NCBI RefSeq assembly: GCF_035594765.1
Contig: NC_085842.1
Coordinates: 140,133,036-140,197,035 of the forward strand
Direction: 5' to 3'
Origin: Anolis carolinensis
Lineage: Eukaryota
DNA: 64,000 nt
Below are positions 13,463-26,190 of the stretch, one piece after another (the stretch's first letter is position 1; each line of letters begins with the position of its first letter). A program made the translations under genes and the position numbers. Below the pieces are notes generated by a model. That model made no database searches, was not told where the DNA came from, and worked only from the letters and a program-made list of their open reading frames with translations.

Positions 13463-13597
13463 CACCATGGGAAAACTTTGGCCCTCCAGGTGTTTTGGAC
13501 TTCAACTACCACAATTCATAACAGCTGGTAAACTGGCTGGGATTTCTGGGAGTTCAAGTCCAAAACACCTGGAGGGTCAAAGTTTGCCCATGCTTGA
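13463..13597. mobile_element. Short palindromic hAT-type MITE; related copies near 11718-11920, 32166-32300, 39950-40057 and 43469-43600
   Basis: Long inverted arms CCCTCCAGGTGTTTTGGACTT / AAGTCCAAAACACCTGGAGGG. Confidence 0.75.
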
Positions 13598-15437
13598 AGT
13601 AGAGCAACCTGCTAAGTGTGTCATACTTATACACCCACTCCAATAACATGGGAGACATAGACGGAACATTTTTCAACCGATTTGGCAATTATGGCTGGAG
13701 AAAATCCCCAGGAAGCTAAGTCAACTCCTTGAGCGAAGTGCCTGGGGAGCCCTACTCCATCCAGCACCTTGGACAGCTTTAGTCTATATTGCTCCAGCCA
13801 GGGTGTTGACAGAACAAGATGTTCTCTACCTAGTCTGAATGTTTGTAGGCTTTTTCAGTGTGCTATTGCAAAGACATAAGCAGGCTCATAGGTTCAGTAC
13901 CAATTACTTTCCTCCTCATTCCTCCTCTTTTGGTTAACATCTTGTTTGAGTCTTGCAGACTATTCAAAGCCTTGAGAAATATTTTTAATTGTGTATTTGT
14001 CTACTAAGAATATTCACAATGCAGGTTTTCAAATCTCTTCTAAAAGACTTTTTTGTTTCAGATCTACTATCTAAAGATGCATCTTAGCTAAGTATCACTT
14101 AGCTGAAGAGCATGCATCTCTAAAGATCTACATTGTAAATTTTGTTAAGCCTTTGTGGAATTGAACAATTCCTGTAACTTTTGCTTTTTGCCATTTTAAC
14201 TTAAACTGATACCTTTGAAGAGTCCAGCATTAAAGGAATTCCAACAAAAAGCTTTATTTTTATTCAGGATCTACTTCTCACTTCCATTTTGAAATGAAAA
14301 TATAATCCCCTGCTGTAATGCCATCCAAGGAAACTGACTGCAGCAGCCTCACAACCAGTTGTTGGAACTAGAGCTCCAACAACTGGTAATATTGACCCCT
14401 TGAATCATGCCCCATGTTCTCAGCATAAAGGAACCTGAAGTAGCTTGGAAAAAATCTTTTTGGAGAGGCTGGGTGAGAATTGTATGCATTCTAGGGAGAC
14501 TGTAGACATAGACTCAAATACATTAAAGATATAGCTACCAACAAAATGCAGGAGGATCATGTCTTGAAAATTTTGGACAAGGAATATTTAAATGGTACAA
14601 AGGCTTTGAAAGATGTAGTATTTTTCATGAAATGCAAGGGTTTTTCACATATTCTTTAGTATATGCATGTACACTCTAAGATAGTCAACATATCACTCTA
14701 TCTTACCTGCATGAACACAGAGACAAAAAGAGAAAGGAGCTGAACTTCTCCATTGCAATCCTTAACAGCTGAGAATGAAGGATAAATTCTACCGAAGCCC
14801 CCAAAGCATTCAGCACATACTAACCCAAGGAAATTCCTGGTGGACACTTAGATAAAAAGAGGCTTTGCCTTTTTCCATCTGGTATCTTAGAAGCAAAGAA
14901 GATATTTCAGTTCCATAGGAAGCCTCTTACATTACAGTGCCTCTTGCTGGAAAAAAAAATCTCTCAAGGCACATTCCAAAGGAACATGTTCTTCCCAGAG
15001 GCAGCTTAAAACAGAAAGAAAATCCACAGAAATAGTGTAGTGTGGTTGAGTGTGAAAGATGATCAGCCATCTTCCAACCATTTATGTCAGGTGATAGAAA
15101 TTTAGTAACTCAAAATATTTATGTTCTCTATAGAATTTTTCTTCATTACAGAAATGATGTATACTTCATTGAACAGCCTAAAACTTTGGTCTACACAGGA
15201 TTATTTATCCATTTTAATATGCCAACTGGAAGATTAATAACATTGTAGCAGAGGAGACTGAATTTGAATGACATCTGGTAGCAGTGCTCATCCATGATAC
15301 TTGAATCCAGCAATTTCATCCTACTGAATGAGAAGTACAAAAAACCTTCAAAGATAGGCACACTGTTTCAAGGGCAACATTCATGTTATCTGATTAGAGA
15401 TTTGAATAAAACAACGTAATCTCCAGAGTTTTTATAC

Positions 15438-15443
15438 TTTATT
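15438..15443 (-). terminator. Candidate SCO1 polyadenylation signal (AATAAA); a more proximal one at 16034-16039
   Basis: TTTATT on the plus strand about 780 nt past the stop codon. Confidence 0.4.
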
Positions 15444-16217
15444 TCAGTGTCAGTACAATGAATGTGATTTCATTTGATCAATAATCCCTCTATATATAGA
15501 TTTAGTTACTTAGTGCTCTACAGTTATGTCATAAACTAGGAACAGGGAACCCATAGCTCTCAATATGAACCCATGCTGGTAGGAATGATGGGAGTCTATG
15601 CCAACATATGGAAGGAGTGGCAGGTTTGCTAGTCCTGTCATGAGCTACACTAGCAATTTCAAAAATATAAGTATTAATAAAAATTCCAAAAGACAGCTTC
15701 TTTGGCTGTCAGAAAATGTCATCTTGGAAGTGATGGTGATGCCACTGATGTTAGCAAAAAACATTCACATTTCAGGCAAGGCTTGTGCCATAAACAGCAT
15801 CAGGAGTACTGCTCACTTCAATTAAATCTATATATAGTCCTTTAGCATTACAAGAAATCATAATTCAAGTATCAAAAACGATTCCAAGGCTAGAGTGACC
15901 AACATTCAGGTGTGATCATTTTATCCTTAGGTCCACCTGTATTGTATCCAAAGGCATTCCACACAAAAAGTCAAGAGTCAATGCACATTCTGAGAAAAGT
16001 ATTTGGTCACATAGTTTTATATGACCCCTGTTCTTTATTTAATCCATTCTGAGTCTTAGCCCAGAAATACAGCCTTAACTGCAAAGAAATAAGGAAGGTG
16101 CCAAGGGATATTACTTGCACTTCATCCAACCAATCCTATCTTCATGGCACATATCCGTAGTGTTATGTCCACTTGATGGGCAGCATTCTTGGCATCCAAT
16201 AGGAACTCTTTCCTTCC

Positions 16218-16349
16218 CTAACTTTGTTTAAATTGTCTCATGTGTCCAGCAATTGAAGCGGCAATCTCAGAATGCTTCTTGTTTTGGCCATAATAATCAA
16301 CAAACTTCCCATCGGGACCAACAAGGTACATTATGATGGTATGATCCAC
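16218..16349 (-). CDS. SCO1: SCO1 exon 6 (conserved copper-ligand His in VDHT; stop TAG)
   Basis: TTGCAG|[43 protein letters not shown]; joined CDS is 786 nt. Confidence 0.97.
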   Translation of the reverse strand: MDHTIIMYLVGPDGKFVDYYGQNKKHSEIAASIAGHMRQFKQS

Positions 16350-16776
16350 CTGCAAGAAAAATAAGACAAACTGGGGATGAGAGTTGGAGACAGCATGTTC
16401 CACACACAGCAGTAACTATCAGTTCACAGAACTGCCAACTCACTATAGGGCTTTTTTTTAATGAGGTCTCAAACACAGTGGCTCTATACCAAAATGTGAG
16501 AATTACACAAAAAGCTGAGCACTGAAAGAGAAAAAAGCAAATGCACCCAAATCATGCAGAAAAAGAATACTTCAGAAACCCTTTGAGAAGTCACTGCATG
16601 AAGTACAGATGGGCTCTTATGGAAAACAACCACCCTCTGAAATGTAAGGGAAGAATGGTAATTATCAAGTATGTTGGAGGTCAATCCTAAGGTTCCATAG
16701 ACTTCAGAATTGCATACCACATATAAAAATAAAAATCCCTTCTGGCACTTATCTACTTTCCTGCTATTAGATTCCT

Positions 16777-17075
16777 TTTTTTATATATAGATATTTTTAT
16801 TGAAGGGTTTTATATACAGTTATCTTAAAAGAAACATAGATAGGGGGAAGGTAAAGGAGAAAAAAAACACGGAAAAAAGGGGAAGAGGCAATGAGGGGGA
16901 TAGAGGAATAGAATAGGGAGGAAGAGGGGGGATGGGAAAGTTAGGGGGTAGTTGTCGATCTTCCATTCTCAGCACCTCGGTTTAATTATTCACTGTTAGT
17001 CTCTTTTCCCAATTCTCTCTGGGTGGATTTGTATCTTAGTCTATCAGTTCCAAATCCTGTAAGTTCATCAGAAAA
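16777..17075 (-). mobile_element. 5'-truncated L1-type LINE 3' end in SCO1 intron 5
   Basis: 18-bp target duplication TCCTGCTATTAGATTCCT (16759-16776, 17076-17093); A-tail and polypyrimidine 3' UTR on the minus strand. Confidence 0.8.
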
Positions 17076-17904
17076 TCCTGCTATTAGATTCCTGATGATT
17101 AAATGCCCCAAGCATTTTTGTGCACCTGAGGATCCCTTTGCTCCCACCCCACAATAAAGCTTGGTTTTGAGGAGTATGGTGCAGAAATAGCCAACACAAT
17201 CCGCAAACTTCAAAGAGATGGGGTTTGCTACATCTTCCTTTCCTTAATAATTTTAGCTTCATCTGGCCTTTTCCCCCCATTCAGATACTTCCGTTTTGGA
17301 AATAGGCATTGACAAATATGGAAAAATCGCCCAAATGGATTAGCAAATTGACAAAATGTCTCAAAATGTAAGAAAATGACAAAGGCTTAGATGGCTGTAT
17401 TAGCTATTTCTGTGCTAACAGAGTATCCAGTGTTCCAGCTCTTTGAAAGGGTATGCAGGTGCAGATAAGAAATGCATCCCTTTAGGTTACCATAGGAAGA
17501 GCAGTGTGGTCCTCAAACCCTGGTTCATCAGACTGGCATTTTCTCATCCTTCATTAAAAGATTTGTTGGGAACTGTACTTTTTTTCAGTTTAGCTATCCT
17601 GACTATGCCAAGGAGGAACCTGATCCTTTGTACTGGAAGTCTGCAGCCATGTATTGGAATTCCTCTTTGGAAATAGAAGTATGATGTTTGATCCTCTTCT
17701 TTCTTGCAAAACAGTTAGAAAAGATGGCCTCTTCCCAATCATCATGGGGTGGAAACTAAAAACATTAAGAGTACATCTGCTACTCTATTTCTGTAGAATA
17801 GTTAGATTAAAAAGAAGGGAGAAGAATTTGAGAATCTGAATTACAATACTGTTCCATTATCCAGGTAGAGGCCACTAGAGGGCACTAGGGAGAGAAGGAG
17901 AGTA

Positions 17905-18227
17905 CAGCAGAGTCTCACTTATCCAACACTCGCTTATCCAACATTCTGGATTATCCAACGTAATGTTGTAGTCAATGTTTTCAATACATCATGATATTTT
18001 GGTGCTAAATTCATAAATACAGTAATTACTACATAGCACTACTGCGTATTGAACTTCTTTTTCTGTCAAATTGGTTGTATAACATGATGTTTTGGTGCTT
18101 AATTTGTAAAATCATAACCTAATTTGATGTTTAATAGGCTTTACCTTAATGCCTCCTTATTCTCCAACATATTCGCTTATCCAACATTCTGCCAGCCCGT
18201 TTATGTTGGATAAGTGAGACTCTACTG
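17905..18227. mobile_element. Tc1/mariner-type MITE, family A
   Basis: Same TIRs and body; TA flanks. Confidence 0.9.
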
Positions 18228-19413
18228 TACTTTTTATTTGGGGGGTGTTGAAGGAGGAAAACAATTTCCCTTGTTTTGCTGGTTATTCCCCCGCCCCACT
18301 TCCCATATCATAACCGAGGGTTGGAACAATACCGAATTACTTTGAACAACCAGAACAGGTGGTGGAGGAGCAGTAACAACACCTCAGAAATCAATTTTAA
18401 TTAACATTGATTAACCAGGATAAAGCTAAGGAACCGGATAAGTTAAAATGTGATTAGACAAATTATCACATTAAAACATCACTGCATTTTTAGTGGTAAA
18501 TCATGTACAAACATAACAATAAAGTTAAAATACAGAACACCCTACAATCAAAAACTCTTCCTGCAACCAATTCATCATTAAAACCTTGTTTGAATAAAAA
18601 GACTCTTGTTTGTCATCAAAATAAGCAGTGAGGCCAGCCTAGACTATGCAGAGTGCTCTGTTAAACAGCAGAGGTAGAAGACTACCAGATGAAGGGTAGC
18701 AGGATATATCCCATCCACTATCTGGCTCCCTCGTGTGGCTACATTGTCTCAGTTCTTGCCAATTTTAATAATCTATGTACTTAATATCTATGATAGAGTC
18801 CTAAGAGAGATAGGCTTCGGATAAAAGACTGCATATCTGAATTTTTGGACATCAGTGTGAATCTGTCAAGACAAACTAATATGAGAAAAGAAACCCAGAC
18901 CTATATCTTAAGCAGCATCTGTACCACAACAACCAAGAGAAGCATATTTAGGACCACTCCTGCCTTTCCGACTGTTCTCTTCCCTGAACTCAAAACAAGC
19001 ATTTCTCAGCAACTGTGTTCTTGTAGACACAATAGAAAACATTGAAGTCATAGAAGTCCATCATCTGTTGTTATTACAAGATAATCTTTCCATTATGAGG
19101 GGAATATATACCAATTATATATACACTTTCCTCATCCAAGAGCTTCTGTGCCTACAAATGTGCCCTTCTTCATCAACTTCTGCTCTAAACTTATTTGGAA
19201 ATGTCAGTTCATGACAGCTCAACTACTATCTGCTCCCCAGAGTCCTTTCAATTGACTCCTTCAGCTGTTTTACATGAGGCATTCCATCAAAACACACTTC
19301 ACCCACTTCTAACAAAATGGTTAAATCAGAACTGTTTTGTTTTCATAAAGCCCTCTCCAGGCATATCAGTTTCTGGCTTAATTAGAAAAACCGTGTTCAA
19401 AAATCATACTCAC

Positions 19414-19529
19414 AATATAATCATTATCTTCATCTTTGGGGCCAGAACTGTAGTAGACACGATAGGCTCGAGCCACTTGATCAATCTGCTCTTTTGTACC
19501 CGTCAATCCAATCAGTTTAGGTGAAAACT
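19414..19529 (-). CDS. SCO1: SCO1 exon 5
   Basis: [39 protein letters not shown]; 116 nt; GTGAGT donor. Confidence 0.96.
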
Positions 19530-19674
19530 CTTGGAATAAAAACAGGGCTCATTAGATCAGACTGCATTAGGGACCCATGAGAGGCCCTTCCAGTGCTGCA
19601 GCAGCCATTCTGGTCAGGGTTGCCAGCCAAGGGCATCAGTGCAATACCATGTTAAGAGAAAAGGCTAACCTTAC

Positions 19675-19767
19675 CTTTGACATATCTAGCAATGGCTTCT
19701 TTATTATCTCTCTCTGGATCGATGGTGATAAAGAGTGGAGTGACGTTGGGCAGAGACTGGATAGCAT
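19675..19767 (-). CDS. SCO1: SCO1 exon 4
   Basis: [31 protein letters not shown]; 93 nt; CAG acceptor, GTAAG donor. Confidence 0.96.
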
Positions 19768-20983
19768 CTGTTGCCACAAAGCATGATGATTAATATCTCA
19801 GTAGCAAGACCTGAAATCATTTTCCAACTATTAAACCCCATAACTAATCTAGAACAGCCTTCCGTAAAACTCCCAGTTGCTATACTACAAATTAATCACC
19901 CCTGATGATATAAGCTGGAGTAGTCGTAGTTATAGTCCAATAGGATTTGAGGATGCAAAATCAGGGGAAAAAGTTGTCCTAGAAAATGGTAACTTGGTTT
20001 AACTCATAAGAAAAATTATATTCTTGTAGTCAGTAATGAGTTTTCTGGAAATAGCAGAACTAAGTTCTTATGATCTTCTGGAAAGACTGTTTTTTCTGTC
20101 TAATGTCAGGTTTGTTTGGTGGTTGCCTCACATTATGGAACTCCTTTCCTAGCAGGGACAGATACCAAATTGGCACAGGAACATTTTACATTATTCCTTT
20201 CCATATTAAGCATAAATTTGTCCTTCATTTTGTAGTTAACTAAAGCCTTGCCCGATTCTATATTTGGCCAGTGCTTCTGATTATATACCTAGTCACCCTA
20301 CTCTACAGCAAACTGAAGATCTCCAGCGGTCTTGGAGAATTTGTTGTCTTTTTCTGGGTGATGCATAGAAGTAGAATCTTCTTCTTCTCCAGAGACACAC
20401 ATGGAAGCATCTATCTCTTATCTGTGATTTCATCTCATAGTCCACCAGTTCTGCACACCTTAACTTTTCTTCCCTGCTGTTCTCAAATTTCAAATACATA
20501 AGAGGGATGTGTATTACATAGATTTAAGATGTCAAAGACTACTGTTTTCCTACAACAGACCAAGGTAACTATCCCATTAAAATTTAAATATTATATAATA
20601 CCTTTCACCTGAATTCATCTCTCACCCCATCCCAAACTATATTTTTCCTGTTGAATTTTTTCAGTGTAGATTTCTTGAGAGCTGGGAAATCGTGTTATTG
20701 GACTGCCACTCTCAACATTCCTCCTGTCTAGCTATGCTGCTAAGGCTGATTAGGAGTTGTAATCTAATAATATTGGGAATGCACTTTTTTGCAGTAGGTG
20801 CAGTAAGGCAGCAGATCCAACAAAAAGTAAATAGTAAATCTTATTCTATCCCTTGCTATAAATACCCATACTAGAAAAAAGAATAAAAAACAATCCTATA
20901 ACAAACATTATTCTAGCAAACAGAACTATAGATACCATTCCCATTCATTAAAGACAACTCTGGTTTCTGAATGACTCACTTAC

Positions 20984-21181
20984 CAATTTCATCTACAGCT
21001 AGAATCATTTTCTCCAGTTCTTCTGGACAAATGTCAGGACAGTGTGTAAAACCAAAGTAGATGAGCACCCATTGACCCAGATAGTGACGATCTGACTTGG
21101 GCTCGCCCTTGTGATCAGTGAGTGAGAAATGGCCTCCCAACAATGGCTTTCCAATACTCCGTTGCCGTTCCTTCTCCATCA
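20984..21181 (-). CDS. SCO1: SCO1 exon 3 with copper-binding CxxxC motif
   Basis: [23 protein letters not shown]...[18 protein letters not shown]; 198 nt; TTTCAG acceptor, GTAAGT donor. Confidence 0.97.
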
Positions 21182-21878
21182 CTGAAATAGCAGCACAACT
21201 GAAGATTATTCATCTTAAATCAAATAATTCTTATAGAGCAATCACACATTATTGCTCCTCCTCCTTTCTTTCTAACTTTCATTCCACTCCAGATTCTACA
21301 CCTCCTTAAGATGAAAAAAGCCTACACTGTTGCTGTTCTTGCATTTTCTGGATACTTCAATATACAGTAGAGGTGCTTCTATTATGCTCTGCTCCATGGA
21401 AGAAGGAAGAACACGGGGAAAAAGCAATAATTTGTTTTAAAAAGAGATCTGTAACCTGTTACAAATGTCTGAAGAATTGCAAGATTAAATATCCAATTCA
21501 ATATTGATGCAAGCTACAACAATAAATGTAAAAGTCTGGAGAAAAAACCCCATTCAGAACCTCAAAATACAGATTATTTCAATACTATTTTTGCCCTTCA
21601 GGCAAAAACTGTCAAATTAATGTAGTTTGATATCACTTTAACTGCCATGGCTCAAAACTACTGGATTCTGGGAGCTGTAGTATGAAGTACCAGCACTCTT
21701 TGGCAGAGAAAGGAAAAGATCATAAACAACTAAAACACCCATGATTCCAAAGGCTTGAGCCATGGCAGTTAAAATGTCAAATTTCAGGAATTTGACAATA
21801 TAGATGCACCTTTTGATTGTTTCACAAAAGAGCTTTAGAACATAAATTGGGACGTGCTCCTTTCCCTGTTTTTTAATA

Positions 21879-22186
21879 CAGTAGAGTCTCACTTATCCAA
21901 GCCTCTGGATTATCCAAGCCATTTTTGTAGTCAATGTTTTCAATGTATCGTGATATTTTGGTGCTAAATTTGTAAATACAGTAATTACAACATAACATTA
22001 CTGCGTGTTGAACTACTTTTTCTGTCAAATTTGTTGTATAACATGATGTTTTGGTGCTTAATTTGTAAAATCATAACCTAATTTGATGTTTAATAGGCTT
22101 TTTCTTAATCCCTCCTTATTATCCAAGATATTTGCTTATCCAAGCTTCTGCCGGCCTGTTTAGCTTCGATAAGTGAGACTCTACTG
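21879..22186. mobile_element. Tc1/mariner-type MITE, family A
   Basis: Same TIRs and body; TA flanks. Confidence 0.9.
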
Positions 22187-22608
22187 TAATTTCATTTGCT
22201 TGTCTCCAAGACATCAGCGAAGATGGCTAGTTTCTTGATACACTTCAAAATGCTTAAATCATCATTCTAACTACTCTCAAAATCTTTGTCTGAGAATCAC
22301 TGTAATAAACTATAAAGTGCTACAGATGCGACTCATAGTATAGCTTGAACATGGGAGGACTTGGTCAGACGAACCTTATATAATAAGCTGTATAAGAACT
22401 AAGGTAAGCAAATGACTACACAATTCATTTTAGCAGAATCTAAATGGTTCTAACTACATATTTGTAAAGTACTCTATAAAGTACTCTTGTGACTGAGTCA
22501 ACAAGATTTTGACAGTTTTACTACTCTAGGAAGGAACATAGTGTGTTTGTATCTGTGCAACTAGATGGTAATGAATCAAGAAGAGAAGAAATGGTGATTG
22601 ATACCAAC

Positions 22609-22699
22609 TTTCCTGTTTTTCTTTTTTGAAGTATTTCATTGTTGCTAACAATCCTCCTCCAATTGCACAGGTGATTGCCAGAGTCTTCCAAGTTACAGG
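22609..22699 (-). CDS. SCO1: SCO1 exon 2 (transmembrane helix)
   Basis: AG|[30 protein letters not shown]|GTTGGT; 91 nt; matches human [22 protein letters not shown]. Confidence 0.93.
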
Positions 22700-24441
22700 C
22701 TACTGGGAAAGAGATAAAAGAAATGGATGTGTTTATGTAAATATATTTGCTCACTGACCTGAATCCGCCTCATAGAAATCATTTTTATTTCACTTCCTCC
22801 TTCTCTCGGGCCACATTTTTCAAAAGCAAAGTACAGACTGTATCCTTTCTCATTTCTCAGACTGAAATACATCATAACTTAAGCAAAGACCAAAGATTTG
22901 CAAACCATTGCCAGGAAACATAAAAGTAAGTTGCAAAACCTGGGGAAGTGGTGGAAGGGTATGTGTCTACTCTACAGGGAGAAATTAGAAAAGGTCGCCT
23001 ACATTCAGATTTTGGCTGTGTAGGTTTTCAAGACAGTCCACTTTATCAGCACAGTTGTAGCCCAAACACCCTAAAGGCACCAGATCCCATCTGATTTTGA
23101 AAGCTGGACAGGATCAAGTCTGTTTGCTGCTTTGATCCAGGAGTTAACAAGGAAAACCGGGTGCTGTGGGCTCTGTTTCAGAGGAAAGCAATGGTAAAAC
23201 ACCTCTGAGCATTCCTTGCTTAAGAAAAACAAGTTGACAAATGCTACTGCTTTCTTGGCAAGATTTATTCAGAGGGCAATTGCCTTCCTGTGAGGTTGAG
23301 AGAAAGATATGCCCAAAATCAACTAGTGGTTTTTCATACCCAAGTGAGGATTTGCATTCTAATCTCCCAGAATCTTAGTCTAACATCACCACACCAGAGT
23401 GGTCCCTTATTATTAAAAAAAAGTGTGGGTGTTGGCTCATGCGTCTGAGTTAGCAGCAAGTAATGTGGGGCAGACAACAGTCCAGGTAAACACACAGCTC
23501 TATTAAGGAAATGAAGGATCAGAAAAAGGGCTGAGTATCTGACACCAGCCTGACCCCCACTAAACTGTTGACTGTCCTACACTACTTGGGGGATTCACTG
23601 GGGGCTAAGATGGGAGAGACTAACCCCTTACAAAGACCCTGAATGTTGGAGATAGCAACTTTCTCAAGCTTCCTCTATTTAATGTTTTGTCTGTTTTATA
23701 ATGTGTCAGTTTATTTCCTGAAGTGTACGTCTTATTTGGTTTGCAGTTTTTAGCTCTATGTATTTCAAGCAGTAAGCGGGGCTGCAGACCATGTGACTGG
23801 TTCAGTGACTGTTTACAATGTTGTTTTAAAAGGATGATAGAAGAAGTTGAGACTTGAGTCTATTTGAGTACAGAAACCAATGTTAGAAATTAGAGGTCAG
23901 TTGAGGCCTGAGTTTCTTTGGAAGTAGACTGTTATTAAAGCGAGCTGTACAAAGCAATATAGTTTTGAAGAGACCATTAAAGATTATAAATTAAAGATAC
24001 AAACTGAAACATTTTAAAGCTTAACCTGAAAAGAATGTACCTGTATATTTAAATACATGAAGTTATGAGTAAAACAAACATGTTATTTTTAAGAAGTCTG
24101 CTTGAAGCTTCGCTAAAAGCATCAAAGAGAAACAAGATATCTACATGCCCAGTGATCATCCATTACCCAATAAACTAAAGGAACATTTCCGTAACTCTGC
24201 TACCCAATACGTTATGACCTTAATAGGTCATAATCCAGTAGTCCAATACTGAGTCTCCCAAACCCACCCCTCTAACCACTGGACCTCCCTGTGCCCCGAT
24301 GAAGAGGGAGCTGCTGCTTCAGAAATGTCACTTTTTATCTCTGCAGTTGGACACCGCTTTAACAGCCATGGCTCAATGCTATGCAATCCTGGGAGATCTA
24401 GTATGGTGAGGTCCTAGCTTCCCGGCTCGGAGGGATTACTC

Positions 24442-24593
24442 AGGGCCCTTCCAGACAGATCCTATATCCCAGGATCTGATCCCAGGTTTTTTGTTTATCC
24501 CAGATTATCTGGAAGTGCGGACTCGTATAATCCAGTTTAAAACAGAAAACCTGGCTGGGATCCGATCCTGGGATATAGGGCATGGAAGGGCCC
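24442..24593. mobile_element. Harbinger-type MITE about 50 bp into SCO1 intron 1; related elements near 25923-26066 and 50553-50700
   Basis: TIR GGGCCCTTCCA; 3-bp TCA on both flanks; nearly palindromic. Confidence 0.75.
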
Positions 24594-24641
24594 TCACAGG
24601 GCGGGCCACCCGAGCTCTCCCTCCTTCCCTGCTCTCCTCAC

Positions 24642-24797
24642 CCCAGGTTTGCTGGGCCCGCTCCGCGGAGGCTCCCCGGAGGCCTGCGTGGCCCTCGTCC
24701 GCGAAGACGGGTAGAGGCAGCAGCAGCAGCAGCACCACGGCAACGAGGCCCGGCGCCCTGCCAGCAACCGCAGCCGAGCCGGGAACGCCAACGCCAT
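24642..24797 (-). CDS. SCO1: SCO1 exon 1 (mitochondrial presequence region)
   Basis: ATG in AAGATGGCG context inside a CpG island; reads MALAFPARLRLLAGRRASLPWCCCCCCLYPSSRTRATQASGEPPRSGPSKPG, then GTGAGG donor; 156 nt, phase 0, joins exon 2 in frame. Confidence 0.85.
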
Positions 24798-25039
24798 CTT
24801 TCCTCCGTCCCTTTCCAGGAGCCCAATCATAGAGACAGGCTGGACTTCCGGGGGGAAACAGGCATGCGCACTCCACCCCGGCTTTTTTCCTCCTCCCTCA
24901 GAACGCAAGGACGTTCGGTCTCTCTATGGTATGAACTTTAGATCTCAAGAGAAGCCGGGCGGCTAGAGCGGCGCCTACCGTCAAGAGCACAAATGAGACC
25001 AAAACACAACCGGGCCGCTTTGTGCCCGTATTTGTTCCG
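24798..25039. promoter_or_regulatory. Bidirectional CpG-island promoter of SCO1/ADPRM, including probable non-coding ADPRM exon 1 ending at 25039
   Basis: CpG-rich; NRF1-type GCATGCGCA 24862-24870; ETS/GABP-type ACTTCCGG near 24844; plus-strand CG|GTAAGT donor at 25040; same head-to-head layout as in human. Confidence 0.75.
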
Positions 25040-25221
25040 GTAAGTTGGAGGCTAGGAAGCCCCCCAGGCTCCAGTCCCATTTAGAACCGCGTTATATGCA
25101 GGCGAGGAGAAGGGTAACGTATAGCTCTGCGTCGCTCAGGCCAAGGGAAGGATTGGAAGCCAAAGTCAGAGGTCGCATTCCTCCCCCAGATGCAGTCGGA
25201 GGGCTCCTGGAAGGTCTAAGC

Positions 25222-25393
25222 CAGGCATGGGCAAACTTGGGCCCGGCAGGTGTTTTGGACTTCAACTCCCACCATTCCTAACAGGCTCAGGCCCCTTCCT
25301 TTTCCCCCTCAGAAAGGAAAGGGCCTGAGCCTCTTAGGAATGGTGGAAGCTGAAGTCCAAAACACCTGCAGGGCCCAAATTTGCCCATGCCAG
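25222..25393. mobile_element. Palindromic hAT MITE
   Basis: Terminus CAGGCATGGGCAAA; 8-bp target duplication GTCTAAGC. Confidence 0.88.
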
Positions 25394-26190
25394 GTCTAAG
25401 CTGCTTGCAGGCTGTGAGGTATGCCAGGCCAAAGGAGAGGAGAATGAATTTGACACCACTTTTACTGCCAAGGTCCAATGCTGTGGGATCCTGGGTGTTG
25501 TTGCTTTTCTGCCAGGTGCATCTCCAAACTACAACTTCCATGGATATGATGAGACATCTGACTGGAAGGCACACAACCGCAGCTGGGAGGGCAAGTTTGG
25601 AGTCCAGGTTGGATTCAGGTGATGTTTGCGTCACTTCTTCAATCTGCCTACAGTATTCAATCCGAGTTTATTAGCCAAGACAGAGTTAATGGGTTAAACC
25701 CTTGTGCCGACTGAACTGCTGACTTGAAGGTTGGGTTGCTGACTTGAAGATTGCCATTACGAATCTGCAAGACCTACCTATCAGCTCTAGCTTGCGGGGA
25801 CATGAGAGAAGCCTCCCAGCAACACATCAGGGTGTCACCCCAGGCAACATCTCTGTAGACAGCCAATTCTCTCACACCAGAAGCGACTTGCAGTATGTTC
25901 TCAAGTCACTAAATCAAGGCAGTGCCCCCTTCTACACTGCCATATAATCCACATTATCAAAGCAGATGATTATCTACTTTGAACTGAATTATATGAATCT
26001 ACACTGCCATATAATCCCGTTCAAAGTAGACAATCTGGTTTTTACATGGCAGTGTATATAGGGCCAGGCAGCCCTCCCTATCTACAGGTTTTACATCCAG
26101 GGATTCAACTAACCAGGACTGAAAAACATTCCAAAAAGCAAAGCTTGATTTTTCTGACTTTGCTGATAGATGGGCTACCATGCTATAGCC

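Noticed and set aside
14700-14900. Strong minus-strand donor CAG|GTAAGA near 14706
   Set aside because: No matching acceptor or coding frame could be identified
1-15400. Myosin heavy chain coding exons expected from human synteny
   Set aside because: No myosin-like peptide seen in the ORF track or by eye; only candidate promoter and UTR exons are supported
23425-24230. LTR-like segment in SCO1 intron 1
   Set aside because: Composition is suggestive, but termini and target duplication could not be defined
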